This document shows positions 50,303 to 62,975 of a stretch of DNA of 64,000 nucleotides, one piece after another. The notes under the pieces were generated by a model, which saw only the letters and a list, made by a program, of their open reading frames with translations, was not told the origin of the DNA and did no database searches. This DNA is from Mobula hypostoma. Taxonomy: Eukaryota. Within the stretch, counting starts at the first letter, position 1, and the number at the start of each line of letters is the position of its first letter. The position numbers and the translations under genes are program-made. The stretch covers positions 202,246,001 to 202,310,000 of the forward strand of contig NC_086097.1 of NCBI RefSeq assembly GCF_963921235.1. The letters run 5' to 3'.

Positions 50303-50602
50303 GTGCCAGGGTAGCCTCGCGGTTAACGTAACGCTATTACATCTCGGGGCATTCCGGAGTTTGGAGTTCAATTCCGGCACCATTCTGTAGGCAGTTTGCA
50401 TGTTCTCCCCCGTGACTGTGTGGGTTTCCACCGGGTGCTTTGGTTTCCTCCCACAGTCCAAAGACATATCAGTTAGTAGGTTAATTGGTCATTGTAAACT
50501 GTCCCGTGATTAGGTAAATGTTAAATAGTTAGGTTGCTAGGCGGTGCAGCTTGTGGGGCCAGAAGCAGCTGTTTGTGCTGTACCTCTAAATACAAAATAA
50601 AA
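50303..50602 (+). mobile_element. tRNA-derived V-SINE-like SINE
   Basis: B-box gagttcaattcc; core gggtttccaccgggtgctttggtttcctcccacagtccaaagac; A-rich tail. Confidence 0.8.
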
Positions 50603-51191
50603 TGAATGATAAAAGCAGAAGATAGGTTGGTGACATTTAGGAAAAGCAGGTATACAGGCAGTTCAGCCAACACTCAAAGATTCTACTGGAAACCAATATG
50701 AATAAGGTACTTTTCAAATGTGAAACTGGGAAGCAAGATTGCTCCTTTTGACTTCACTGCACCTATCAGACCATTGTTGCCTCTAGACTGTCATCTCTAT
50801 CGTTTCGAACCTAACTGCCAGCTGCTGACGGCAGACAATGGTCCAAAAACCAAATTCAGTTTAGAGGAAAATGTCTGGAGATATCTGTACCTGCCTGGTC
50901 TTAAGTCTTGATGCCGTTAATGCCTTATAAAGGTGGAGCAGCACGGTATCATCGCAGTTAGCACAATGCTTTACAGCGCCGCTGGTAAAATCGGGGTTTG
51001 ATTCCCGCCGCTCTCTGGAAAGGGTTTGTACATTCTCCCCATCGTTTGGTGGGCTTCAAACAGGTTCATTCCAAAGGTGTACAGGCTAAGGTTAGCATGA
51101 GTTGTTAGCTCTCTGGAAGGGGTTTGTACATTCTCCCCATCGTTAGGTGGGCTTCAAACGGGTGCTCTTCTTACATTCCAAAGGTGTACAG

Positions 51192-52508
51192 CAGACATCC
51201 CACCTCTCCTGGAAGTTCCAGGTGTCTCCTGCATATCGATAGTGGCTCCCTGATGCCTGGAAATTATATACAATATCCCAGAAATAGAGGTTTTTTTGAG
51301 GAAGAGGGAGAGCGAGCATCCTGATTGGTCTCTCTTCGTGCTACGAGTGGTCCCCATCCACCGGGCCGCGAGGAAACAATATGCTTTGGCGATATGAGTC
51401 AGCTGCATCTTTCCTCATTCCCTGTCACGCTCACTGTTCAGCTTGAACGCAAGCGAGCACATTACCCGCGCGTCATCCATGTCAGCGCGGGAAGGGGATC
51501 AACTCCTCCAGCTTGCAAGTGACGACGGGCTGAAAAGTATGTTTGACATAACATCTCTGCCGGCATTCTGGATCAAAGTCAAGGCTGAATATCCTGAGAT
51601 AGCCACGAAAGCACTGAAAACGCTGCTTCCATTTCCAACATCGTATCGCTGCAAAGCGGAGTTTTCTACAATGAATGCAACGAAAACTAAATTGCAGAAT
51701 AGACTGGACATAAGGAACCCCCTTCGAGCATCACTGTCTCCCCTCACCCCTCGATGGGACCGTCTTGTTGCAGGAAAACAAGCCCAGGGCTTCCACTGAT
51801 TCAGTGATATTGGTGTGTTGCAACGATTTTATATGTTCATACGGGGAAAATATGCGCTGTGTGTTTAATATCCAAACGTTACTTAAAATGTTATGATGCT
51901 ATTGACTTATCACCTATATTCTGGTCATGATTAACAACCCCCCCCCCACCCCGGTCGGTTGGTCCGCAAGAATGTTGTCTATATTAAACTGGTCTGCGTT
52001 GCAAAAAATGTTGGGGACCCCTGCTAAGTAGACCTAACAGTTTTCTGTGGGCGGGCTTTACAGTCGACCTCAAAAATAATGACAGTGCTGCTTGCTGCAC
52101 TGTTTGCAACAGTGACTTTTCTATTGCCCATGGTGGGTTAAAATGTAAAAGACATCTTGAGGTGAGTTTAACAGGTGTCATTCATTCATTAGCATAGCTA
52201 ACATTATTTAAACTAGCTGGCTAGCTGCTAAGGAGCTACTCTATTGATGTCCTACATGATGAGGCCAAACTCCCTGTAGACTTGCTTAAAGTTGTAATAG
52301 AATAAACATGATAATATAATATAATATAATTGCATATTTTAATGTCACATTTTCTGCATATACCCAACTTGGTTTACAGATTAGACAAAATCACTAAACA
52401 AGGTATTACATACACCCTTGGAGATCGACAGGGGGGAGAAGGATATGGGGTTGCGGGGGCCGGGGGTGCTACCTCCCTGAAATGAGTTTTTGCAGGGTGG
52501 GATGTCTG
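51192..52508. mobile_element. Non-autonomous hAT-like element
   Basis: 13-bp TIR cagacatcccacc / ggtgggatgtctg; degenerate flanks gtacag / gtacat. Confidence 0.75.
51345..52023 (+). mobile_element. Charlie/Buster hAT deletion derivative keeping the transposase C-terminal dimerisation region (about 51480-51799)
   Basis: FWIKVKAEYPEIATKALKTLLPFPTSY..FS..KTKLQNRL; right TIR gttggggacccctg; left agtggtcccca. Confidence 0.85.
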
Positions 52509-53478
52509 GTACATGCTAAGGTTAGCATGAGCTTTTAGCTTGCTGTGGTAGCTCTGGAAGCTTGGAGACATTTGCTGCCCGAAACATCAACTGTACCCTT
52601 TTCCATAGATGCTGCCTGGCCTGCTGAGTTCCTCCAGCATTTTATGTGTGTTGCATAATCCTTCCCTGATTTCATTTGATTCAACTGACGCGTTTCACTG
52701 TATGTTTCAAAATACATGTGACAAATAACTATCTTTATGATATAATTAGACTACATCAATCAAAACTTTCATAAAATAATTTATCCCCTAATATTGATTT
52801 AATTAGTACCACAGAAGAAATCACACAAATAAACATATTTTTACAAATGTTGTATTCTGGAAGTTGTGATTGGATGAGGTTACAATTTTCAAACAATTTT
52901 AATGGTAGCTATAAATTATTTTCAATAAAATTTACGGTGCAGTTTACTGATCATATTTGGAGATCAGAGGATCACCATGGAAACCCCAGGTGTGTTCATA
53001 TCTGATGATCTACACTAAAATGAAAGAACAATCAAATACCACAAAGAGATTATTGAAATATTCGGCTGTTCTGACCTTTTCAGTTTGGTTTCACTGAGAT
53101 GAAAGGTTTTGCTTTCAGTGATTCATCTTGATGCTGCCTTCTAATAAAAATCTTGAAGTTTATATTCTAGTTCCTGAATGAAAATAAGTGCCGTGCCTGA
53201 TATGGAATATTTCACTTCCTGACTACTGCTATAACTTGACACGGTTCTGGTGAATCAGGTTCTATATATAGTAAAGCAGCAACTCAAATGTCCCATTCAG
53301 CTAAAGTGACAAACATCAGAGGCTTTTCTGCAGTAATAACTTACTCCTTTATGTTGCACGTATTTTCCAGGCTGTTTTCAGCATAATTTTATGAAAGTGA
53401 TGTTGGATTCTGGTGTCTGAATTCAAGGTTCTTTCAGAAGTCAGGAAATAAGCACAGAATGTGTTGCTTCACGATTGT

Positions 53479-53742
53479 TTTATTAAGCATTAATAGAGCA
53501 AAGTGAGTTGGAAAACGGACAGCGATAGAGGTCTACCTTTTGAAGAGGAAGAATTAAAAGAAAAAAGACAAAGATGGCACTGTCTTGTGGTCAGCTATTT
53601 TTATACTCCATAGATAGGGAAAATTACATTCAAATTTGCAGATAAAAGTCAGCCAATCAGAAAACTTCTCTTTAAATCATGCAGCACGAGAGAAACTTCT
53701 GGAGCTTTCCAGAATCGTACAGATATAACCACCAGGGGGCAC
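53479..53742 (-). promoter_or_regulatory. LTR-like promoter/polyA module: CTCF-like site, CCAAT box, TATA, AATAAA
   Basis: ccaccagggggcac 53729-53742; agccaatcag 53651-53660; TATAAAAA (-) 53598-53605; AATAAA (-) 53479-53484. Confidence 0.55.
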
Positions 53743-54099
53743 ACTGAACAACTGTGTGTATATACTGTGGCAACCAGAAAGCATACTAAGCAGTTACTTG
53801 TATATAAGTAGTTATATGAAATATAAGCAGACAGTTAGTTGTTAACCTCCAAAGAAAATAACAATTAAAGAGTCTAAAAAAACAACCTAATCTAAAAAAA
53901 CTTTTATTTGAAATGACACATTTAGAATTATTTCATCTGAAAATTCAGAGGCAGAAAAATTGGTGGTATCCACATTAAGTATAAAATAACCAAGAAACTT
54001 ACTTAAGTTATGGAAGTATCAAAGAATATATATTCTTCAAAGTATCCATAGGATTGTGTTTAATTAGGCAGCTTAGTAGGCACATTTAAGCCAGTTTGA

Positions 54100-54951
54100 A
54101 CTATTCTATTAATTATCACCCTTAATCAAATAAAAATATGTAAATTATGATAAAGCATATCAAGACATAATATTACTCATAATATTAAGTAACCTCAGCT
54201 TCTGAGACTTAAATAATTCCAATCAAAGTAATCCCACCCATCAGATCAATGTATTTTAGATGCTTCTTTAAGAATATGATCAGCCAAATCAGTTGTCTTC
54301 AGACTCGTCATGTATGTAAGTACAACACTCCTTGCCTATAACTGCACATGTTCCTTCCCCACTCCCTTAACTGTGAGGAGAAGATCTAATACTATATAAT
54401 TTGAAGAACCATTTTATATATGGCAACCATTTCTGATGTTACTTTTCCCAAGGCAACATTCATGTCATTCTTACCCTTTCTAAGGCTGCAGCAACATTTT
54501 TAACCCTTCTTATAGTCCTTGCAACACTATCAAATGGGAATAAAATTGATGCAAAACGAGTTCTTTCTGAAATGTCTCATTTACTTCTAGACTCAGGAGG
54601 TAAAGGAAAGGTCTCATGGCAGGTAAAACTTTCCCTAAATAACAAGATCCTGACCAATTACGTGGAAGAGAGATGTTGGGTCCATTTCTGCACATAAAGT
54701 ACTCATTGTTCCATGAACTTTGACCATTTCTTGTTACTTGACAGGAGCCTTGTTAATTTGTAATATTTTTCTGATGGTTGTTATCAAAGAAAAATTCAGA
54801 GTTGTTATCCCATCTAGACCAATGTAGAGTACAACTGCATAAACTATGTCCTACTGGAAACATTATGAGTCATCTCAACTGGCACATTGTGAATAGGGGA
54901 AATTGGCAAAAATATAACAATAACAAGCAATAATAATAAAATAAACTTCAT
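54100..54951 (-). pseudogene. env: Retroviral env, SU internally shortened, with stops and frameshifts
   Basis: Signal peptide MKFILLLLLVIVIFLP at 54951; LPRNWSGSCYLG; furin site RSK*(R) at 54577-54588; ISD-like MVLQ..LDLLL; CAVIGKECC (CX6CC) at 54322-54348. Confidence 0.85.
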
Positions 54952-56806
54952 AGTCTCCAGTTCTTGTTGATTTGCTTGAAGTCGTCTGACTGGTTAGTGA
55001 TTTGCTCACTGTAGTCCAGCAGTGTAGGCACTGGATCAAGAGGTTACTAGCATGCTAACCACAGTGCTTGTTGTCCTTGCTGGGTCCCACTTTAGCTCGC
55101 TTGCAGTGGCTGGTGTGTATCCACCAACTTTTATCTTCTATTTTCACTGCCGAGTTGGTAATTAACAGCACTTGATAAGGACCTTTCCATCGAGCTCCCA
55201 GTGGTTCCTTATGTGGTTTCTTAATCAGGATCCACTCACCAGGAATCAGGGTGTGCCCTCCTTCTTTTGGCTAACTCCAAGTGGCAGAAACCTGTTGAGA
55301 AATTGTCTGTACAGCTTGAGTTAATTTCACACAATAGTTAACTAAACTGCCTGCCATATCTGCCTCTCTGAGATCTAGGGCTCCCAGCAGTCACACAGGA
55401 TGCCCTGTTACTTCTTCAAATGGACTTAGTTCAGTTTTCTTGTTTGAGGATGCTCTGATGCTGCAAAAACCATAAGAATACCCATAGGCCAGAGTACACT
55501 TCCTCATGATACGTAGTCATTGTTTGATAGTACCCGGCATTCGTCCAACTTGTCCTGATGATTCTGGGTGATGTGGAATATGTAAAGACCATGAATGTTT
55601 TTAGCTTCACGAATTATTATAGCCAAAGGCTCCAATGCGAGATTAAATAATAAAGGACTTAATGGACACCCTTGTCGAGTAACTTGTGAAAGTGAAAAAA
55701 AGGGAGACCTAAGATTATTAGTAATAACAGTAGCGATAGGGTTCTTATAGATCCTTTGAATCCACTTATTAAAGTTATTACCAAGGCCAAATTTCTCTAA
55801 TACATTAAACAAATAAGTCCATTCAACTCTATCAAATGCCTTTTCTGCATCCGGAGAAATAACACATTGGAGTGTTTTGGATAATGGTGAATATATAATG
55901 TTCATCAATCTCTGAACATTAGAAAAAGAATAACGGCCTCTAATAAAGCCTGTTTGATTCTTAGAGGTAATTTTAATTAAAATGTTTTCCAAACGGTTAG
56001 CCATTATCTTAGAAAGAATTTTAGCATCCACTTTTAATAGCGAAATAGGTTTATAAGATGAGCATTCAGTAGGATTTTTATTTTTCTTAAGGATTAAAGA
56101 AACAGAAGCTTCATAAAAAGAAGGTAAATTACCTTTCTCAAAAGATTCATGAAATATTTCCAAAAGGTATGGAGAAAGTAATTTTTCAAATTTTTTGTAA
56201 GATCCTACCGAAGAACCATCGAGTCCAGGAGCTTTACCTGATTGCATTGACCATATAGCTTTCTGAATTTCATGCTCAACAATTGGAGCATCAAGGGTCT
56301 GTTGATCTTCAGCAGTAATTTGAGGAAATTTAATCTTGTATAAAAAAACCTTCATTTTGGAGGGATCTGCAGGAAACTGAGATTTATAAAGATCGGAGTA
56401 AAAATACTGAAAAATATTATTAATATCTTCATAATTACTTATTATATCTCCATTATCTTTACGAATCTTTAAAATTTGTCTTTTAGCTTTAGCAGCCCTT
56501 AATTGGGAAGCTAACAGCCTATTATTTTTATCCCCAGAAATATAAAACTGACTTTTTAATTTAAGCAAATATCGTTCAATAGGATAAGTTAATAATAAAT
56601 TATATTGTGATTGTAATTCCACTCTTCTTTTAAACAAATCAACATTTGTAAAGATTGTTTTGATGTTATCTAATTCTTTAATTTGTTTAGCAATTTTAAT
56701 CTAATTCCATTCTTGTCTGTTTCTTCAACTTAGTGAAATAAGACATAATATGACCACGTAAATAAGCTTTCCAAATTACTAACTTTGAGATGTTTCCTGC
56801 ATTATT

Positions 56807-59800
56807 CTTTTCTTTTTAAATCTTTTTATTGAATAAGTATACAAAAGGTAAGCCATATAGGCACTAATACACTGTTAGAATATAATAAAATTACAGGAGA
56901 TATTAAAACAGAAAAGAAATGATACAAACAATGTAATTTAAACATAAAATAATAAGGCAACATAATAGTATACTAATTTTTATATATATATATATCAATA
57001 GAAAAAGGGAAAAAAAAACCCAAAAAAAACCCCCAAAAAAACCCCACCGTGCAACTAAACTAAAAGCAAAGCAAAGCAATGGGCTAACTTGGAAACAAGT
57101 AGAGTTAAAAGACTTAAAATCACGTCCTCAAACCCGACCTCCATTAAAAACAGTAGATAAAAACAAGAAGGGAATATAAATATGGAGCAAAAAGGGGAAG
57201 AAAAAAAATTACATTAAGTGAAAATATTGAATAAAAGATCTCCAGCTCAAGTGAGGAGTCATAAAGATGGCTTCTAATTTTCTCCAAATTCAAGCATAAT
57301 ATCATCTGAGAAAACCAAAAAAAGGTAGATGGAGCATTAAGCTCTTTCCAATGTTGTAAGATACATCTTTTCGCCATTAAAGTAAGAAATGCAATCATTC
57401 TACGGGCTGAAGGAGAAAGATTACTGGAAATTTTCGGTAATCCAAAGATAGCGGTAATTGGGTGAGGAGAGATATCTTTGAGATAATATTAAAAATGTCT
57501 CTCCAAAAAGTTTCCGGAGTAGGACAAGACCAAAACATATGAGTTAAAGAGGCTATCTGCCCTGGACATCTATCACAAAAAGGATTAATATGAGAATAAA
57601 AACGAGCTAATTTATCTTTGGACAACTTTAAATTGAATTAGGGAATGTTTAGCACAGATAGAGGAAGTATTGACTAATTGTAAAATCTGCCCCCAGTCAT
57701 CCATGGAAATGATAGAGCCCAATTCCTGTTCCCAATCTACCCTAATCTTATCAAAGTTGCTGGTGAATGCAGCAGGCCAGGCAGCATCTGTAGGAAGAGG
57801 TGCAGTCGACGTTTCAGGCCAAGACCCTTCTGGTGAATGCAGCAGGCCAGGCAGCATCTGTAGGAAGAGGTGCAGTCGACGTTTCAGGCCGAGACCCTTC
57901 CTGACGAAGGGTCTCGGCCTGAAACGTCGACTGCACCTCTTCCTACAGATGCTGCCTGGCCTGCTGCGTTCACCAGCAACTTTGATGTGTGTTGCTTGAA
58001 TTTCCAGCATCTGCAGAATTCCTGTTGTTTGCTAATCTTATCAAATGGAGCTTTCCTAAGTTTCATAATAATATTATAAATCATAGCCGATGCACCTTTC
58101 TGACATGGATTAAAGTTAATTATAGTATCTAAAATATATGTAGGAGGAAGCATTGGAAAGGAAGAAAGTATAGTACTTAGGAAGTTTCTAACTTGTAGAT
58201 ATCTAAAAAAATGTATTCTTGATAAATTATATTTATTAGATAATTGTTCAAAAGACATAAGGGAACCATCTAAAAATAAATCCAAAAACCGTGAAATACC
58301 CTTAGTCTTCCAAATTTGAAAAGCACAATCCGTGAAAGAGGGAGGAAAAAATGTTACCTAAAATAGGAATCGCTAGCCCAAATTGGTTAAGATCAAAAAA
58401 TTTTCTGAATTGAAACCAAATATGTAAGGTATATTTAACTATCAGGTTAGAGACCTGTTTGAGGCGTTTCAAATCAAAAGGAAGAGAGGAACCTAAAATA
58501 GAGCCAAGTGTATAGCCCTGAACAGATTGTAATTCCAATACTACCCATTTAGGAATGGATAGTATATCCTGGTCAAGTAACCAAAATTTCATATGTCAAA
58601 TATTAATTGCCCAATAATAGAATCTGAAGTTAGGTAATGCTAAACCTCCATCTCTCTTAGCTTTCTGTAAATGTATTTTACCCAGTCTCGGGTTTTTATT
58701 TTGCCAAATAAATGAAGAAATTTTTGAGTCAACCTTATCAAAAAAAGATTTTGGAACAAAAATCGGTAATGCCTGAAATATATATAAAAATTTTGGCAGA
58801 GAAAACATCTTAACTGCATTAATACGACCTATCAAAGTTAAATATAATGGAAACCATTTAGATGAAAGTTGAGTAATATGGTCAATTAAAGGTAAAAAAT
58901 TAATCTTAAATAAATCTTTGTGTTTACAAGTAATTTTAATCCCAAGATATGAAAAATAATTATTAATCAATTTAAACGGAAAGTTGTGATATAAGGGAAG
59001 TTGTTTATTAATCGGGAAAAGTTCACTCTTACTAAGATTTAATTTATAACAGAAAAAAAGACTAAATTGTGCTAATAAATCTAAAACAGCAGGGATGGAT
59101 TTTTGAGGATTAGAAATATATAAAAGTAAGTCATCAGCATAGAGTGATATTTTATGGAACTTTAAGCCCTGAGTTATCCCAGTAATATTTGGAGATTCTT
59201 GAATGGCAATTGCAAGAGGTTCTAATGCAATATCAAATAATAAAGGACTAAGAGGACAGCCTTGTCGAGTACCTCGAAAAAGAGGGGAAAAAAGGTGAGC
59301 TTGAAGAGTTAGTACGGACCGAGGCTACAGGAGAATGATATAACAGTTTGATCCAGGATATAAATTTTGAGCTAAAATTAAACATTTCAAGCACCTTAAA
59401 TAAGTAAGGCCATTCTACTCTTGTCAAAAGCTTTCTCAGCATCTAAAGAGATAACACACTCAGGAACATTTTGTGAGGGGGTATAAACAATATTTAACAG
59501 TGTACTCTTTCTGTATGTTATAGAAAGAGTAACGACCTTTAATAAAACCCGTTTGGTCTTCCGAAATAATAAAAGGAAGTACTTTTTCTAATCTATTTGC
59601 TAATAATTTAGAAAAAATTTTAGAATCAACATTTAATAAAGATATTGGTCTATAAGATGTACATTGAGCAGGATCTTTATCCTTCTTTAATATTAGAGAG
59701 ATTGACGCTCTATTGAAAGATTCGGGAAGTTTACCCAGATTTAATGAAGCCTCGAAAACCCTACAGAACCACAGGATTAATGAAGATGCAAAACATTTAT

Positions 59801-62800
59801 AAAATTCTGCGGAAAACCCATCAGGGCCAGGAGCTTTCCCCAGGTTCATAGAGGAAATAACATTCTTAATCTCATCAGTGGTAATGGGAGTATCTAGCAT
59901 AGAAGACATATCCCGTGAAATCTCAGGGAATTCCAGGTTATCTAAAAAAATCATTCATATATTTAGAGTCTCGAGAGGACTCTGATTGATATAAGGAAGA
60001 ATAAAAATCAAAAAAAGTTTGATTAATCCCCGCATGATCAAGTATCAGTCGATCATTTTGATTATAAATCTGATTAATTTGAGACTTAGTATAATTAGAT
60101 TTCAATTGGTTAGCCAACAGTTTGCCAATTTTATCACTGTGTACATAAAATTCACTTCTTGTTTTCTTTAATTGGTTTACAATCGAGGACAAAAGTAATA
60201 AACTGTGTTCCATTTGAAGTTCAGTTCTTTGTTTATATAACTCCTCAGAGGGAGCTATAACATATTTCTTATCAATTTCCTTAATCTTGTCCACAATTAC
60301 CAACTCCTCCTGCTTCAGCTTCTTCCTCAAAGCAGCAGAATACGAGATAATCTGACCACGAATATAAGCTTTAAAAGTATCCCAAAGAATGTTCACAGAA
60401 ATATCCTCTGTATAGGTAATTGTAAAAAAAAGATCAATCTGTTCATTCATAAAGTTAACAAAATCCGAGTCCTGAAGCAACAGCGAATTAAAACGCCATT
60501 GTCTATTATTTTGTGTATTGGCCTGAATTTTAATAGAAAGCTTAAGTGGAGCATGATAGGAAATGGTTATAGAGTCATAATCACATTTAATCACTGAAGA
60601 AATAAGACGAGAGTTAATAAAGAAATAATCAATTCTTGAATAAGAATGGTGAACATGTGAAAAAAAAGAAAAATCTTTTTCCTGAGGATGCAAAAAAACG
60701 CCAAATGTCCGTCGACCCAGAATCAGAGAGGAATGAATTAATCAAAGTTGCAGATTTATTAGGTAAGGTCCGTAGAGGAGCCGAACAGTCCAAAACTGGA
60801 GATAAACAGGTATTAAGATCTCCACCCCAGATCAATGAAAACTCATTCAAATTCGGGAACTGATTGAATAATGATTTATAAAATTCCGGACAGTCCATAT
60901 TGGGAGCATAAACATTAACCAAAACTACCTTTTTATTAAATAGTAAACCACTAACCAGTAGAAATCTACCATTCGGATCAGACATAATATCATGTTGTAT
61001 AAAAATAACTGAGGAGTCTATAAAAATAGAGACGCCTCGAATCTTAGCGTTAGAGTTCGAATGAAACTGTTGTTCCTTCCAGAATTTAAAAAAACGTAGT
61101 CTGTCCCCCCTCCGCACATGGGTCTCTTGTAAAAATAGAATTTGTGCTTTAAGTCTCCGGAACACTTTAAAAACTTTTTTCCTTTTAATAGGATGGTTAA
61201 GACCATTAGTATTCCAGGAGACAAAATTAATAATAGACTCCATAAACCGTAAAGTCAACCTGCCAAAAGGAGGATTGACGATAGGCTCGACCCACGAACC
61301 TGGAAAGGGAACAGAACAAGCAGGAGATACCGGGAAGGAGAACGCAACCAATACTTCAATAGTGTAAATAGCCCAAGAAGAAAAAAACTAAAACGTGAAG
61401 CCCCTCCCACCACCCCCCCCCACCCCATGACCCCAAGGCTAAATCTAAAACAGACCAGCCGGAAAGAAGCAAGCACTAAAACTACCCCCATGACTTCCGA
61501 TAGACGCTCACTTAAAAAAAAGTGTAAATATAAAAAAGATCAGCAAATTACAAAACAGTAAAAGAATAAAAAAAGTAAATCAATTAAAACAAACACTTAA
61601 TATAACAGAGAGAAAGCCAGAAAATATTTTAAAAAACGCAACAAACCCCAGACCCTATGAATAAACAAAAAAAAGAAATGAAATTATTAACATAAACTAG
61701 TTATAAAAACCTACCAAAAAAAGTAGATTTAAAAACGACAAAATTTAAGGCCTCAAAGGAAATACGTAGAATGACGCTAAGGAAATAACCACCCAAAATC
61801 CCCTGGGAAAAAGAAAGGAATGATGCAGATAGAAAGAAAGTTTAGCAACCATATTAATTTGTCAAAAATAAACTTTTCTGCCCATATAAGGCAAAAAAAA
61901 AATTAAGGCCGACAGATTCACAACCTCCGATCAAACGGAGATAGTTAAAAATTACGATTAAGATGTTGAAGGTGAAAATTGATCCAGATAACTCTGGGCA
62001 TCCGATGGAGATTCAAAAAAACGGAGGGCTCCATCCAACGTACGAATCCTTAGACGTGCTGGGTAAAGCAGCGCTGGTTTTAAATCCGTCTTGTAGAGTT
62101 CCGACATCACAGATCTATAACGAACCCGTTGATCCCGAATTGGTTTACTGAAATCCTCCACGAATGGGAAATTAAGATCCGAAAAATCAATGTAACCTTC
62201 AGATCGAACGAATCGAAACAGTTTCTCCTTGTCTTGAAAGTAATGAAAACATAAGATGACATGTCGAGGTTTATCTGACTTAGACGAGTATGCTGGAACT
62301 CTGTGAACACGATCCAATAACAGTGGTTGGTCAGGAAATACAGTAGGAAATGCATCTTTTAAAAGTTGAGAAAAAAATTTCATAGGGTTGTCAGATTCCA
62401 CAGCTTCACGCACACCAATCATTCGAAGATTCTGCCGTCGCATTCTGGATTCTAAGTCAGAGTTTTTAAAGGTCAGAAAGTCAAGTTTTTTCTTCATTAT
62501 AGTAATTGTTTCTTCAATTTTCCCCATCTTGAGTTCATTTTGTTGCGTGGATTTTTGAAGATTAGATATAGCCGACTGATGTTCCGTAATAATAATTGTA
62601 TTTTATCGATTGAATCGGCAATTTTCTGGAAATTAATTGAAATTTCCGAATGAATCAGTTCCGTAATAGAGGTTGAAATTTCCCTTTGAATTAGATCCGG
62701 TATAGCTTTCAAAGTCACCGGTGGTTCAGTCGGAGGAAGATCGGTACCTTTCGGTCTAACTGGAGGTTTGCCGTCTTTCCCATTTTTTCCATTCTTAGAC

Positions 62801-62975
62801 ATAGCAGACCTTAAAAACATCGGATTATCGAAGAGCCCAATTTGTTTCAAAGTATTGTAAAAGTTGATGCCTTAATGGTTAGTTAAAATATAGCTGATCA
62901 TAAGAAAAAAAACTCAGAGGTAATGGAGCGAGTCAAGAACACGACTTCACTCCATGAGCTCTACCGGAAGTCCCA
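56807..62975 (-). mobile_element. Full-length L1 #2 with frameshifted ORF1 (about 61958-62801) and ORF2 (about 57200-61243)
   Basis: TSD cattatt at 56800-56806 and 62976-62982; ESRMRRQNLRMIGV; MESIINFVSWNTNGLNHP; LYADD; CDRC..HMFWSC; 5' GGGACTTCCGG. Confidence 0.93.
57756..58031. mobile_element. PLE terminal-repeat insertion (two tandem inverted 70-mers plus a forward copy) with 14-bp TSD
   Basis: TSD ctaatcttatcaaa at 57742-57755 and 58032-58045; the L1 frame APFDKI|RVDWEQ resumes across it. Confidence 0.92.

Larger units (their letters stand above)
50938..52575 (+). mobile_element. SINE with an internal about 100-bp tandem duplication, split by hAT elements
   Basis: B-box ggtttgattcc; ctctctggaa.gggtttgtacattctccccatcgtt occurs twice; resumes gctaaggttagcatgag near 52515. 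Confidence 0.65.
53440..55588 (-). mobile_element. Class I (gamma/epsilon-like) endogenous retrovirus remnant: integrase, env, probable 3' LTR
   Basis: HIPHHPESSGQV; ARWKGPYQVLLITNSAVKIEDKSWWIHTSHCK; env motifs; LTR boundaries uncertain. Confidence 0.85.

Noticed and set aside
49330..51010. tRNA genes
   Set aside because: A/B-box-like heads run into SINE core and tail; no cloverleaf
51443..51799. Domesticated ZBED5/SCAND3-like host gene
   Set aside because: Only the C-terminal fragment, enclosed by transposon TIRs, with a TTG start and no clear splice acceptor
55504..56637. 377-aa ORF as a novel fusion protein
   Set aside because: An L1 ORF2 fragment lacking the catalytic ADD motif, running into off-frame ERV DNA at a deletion junction
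57612..58285. ORFs with repeated peptides such as KLLVNAAGQAAS and AWPAAFTSNF
   Set aside because: Incidental translations of the non-coding PLE terminal repeat
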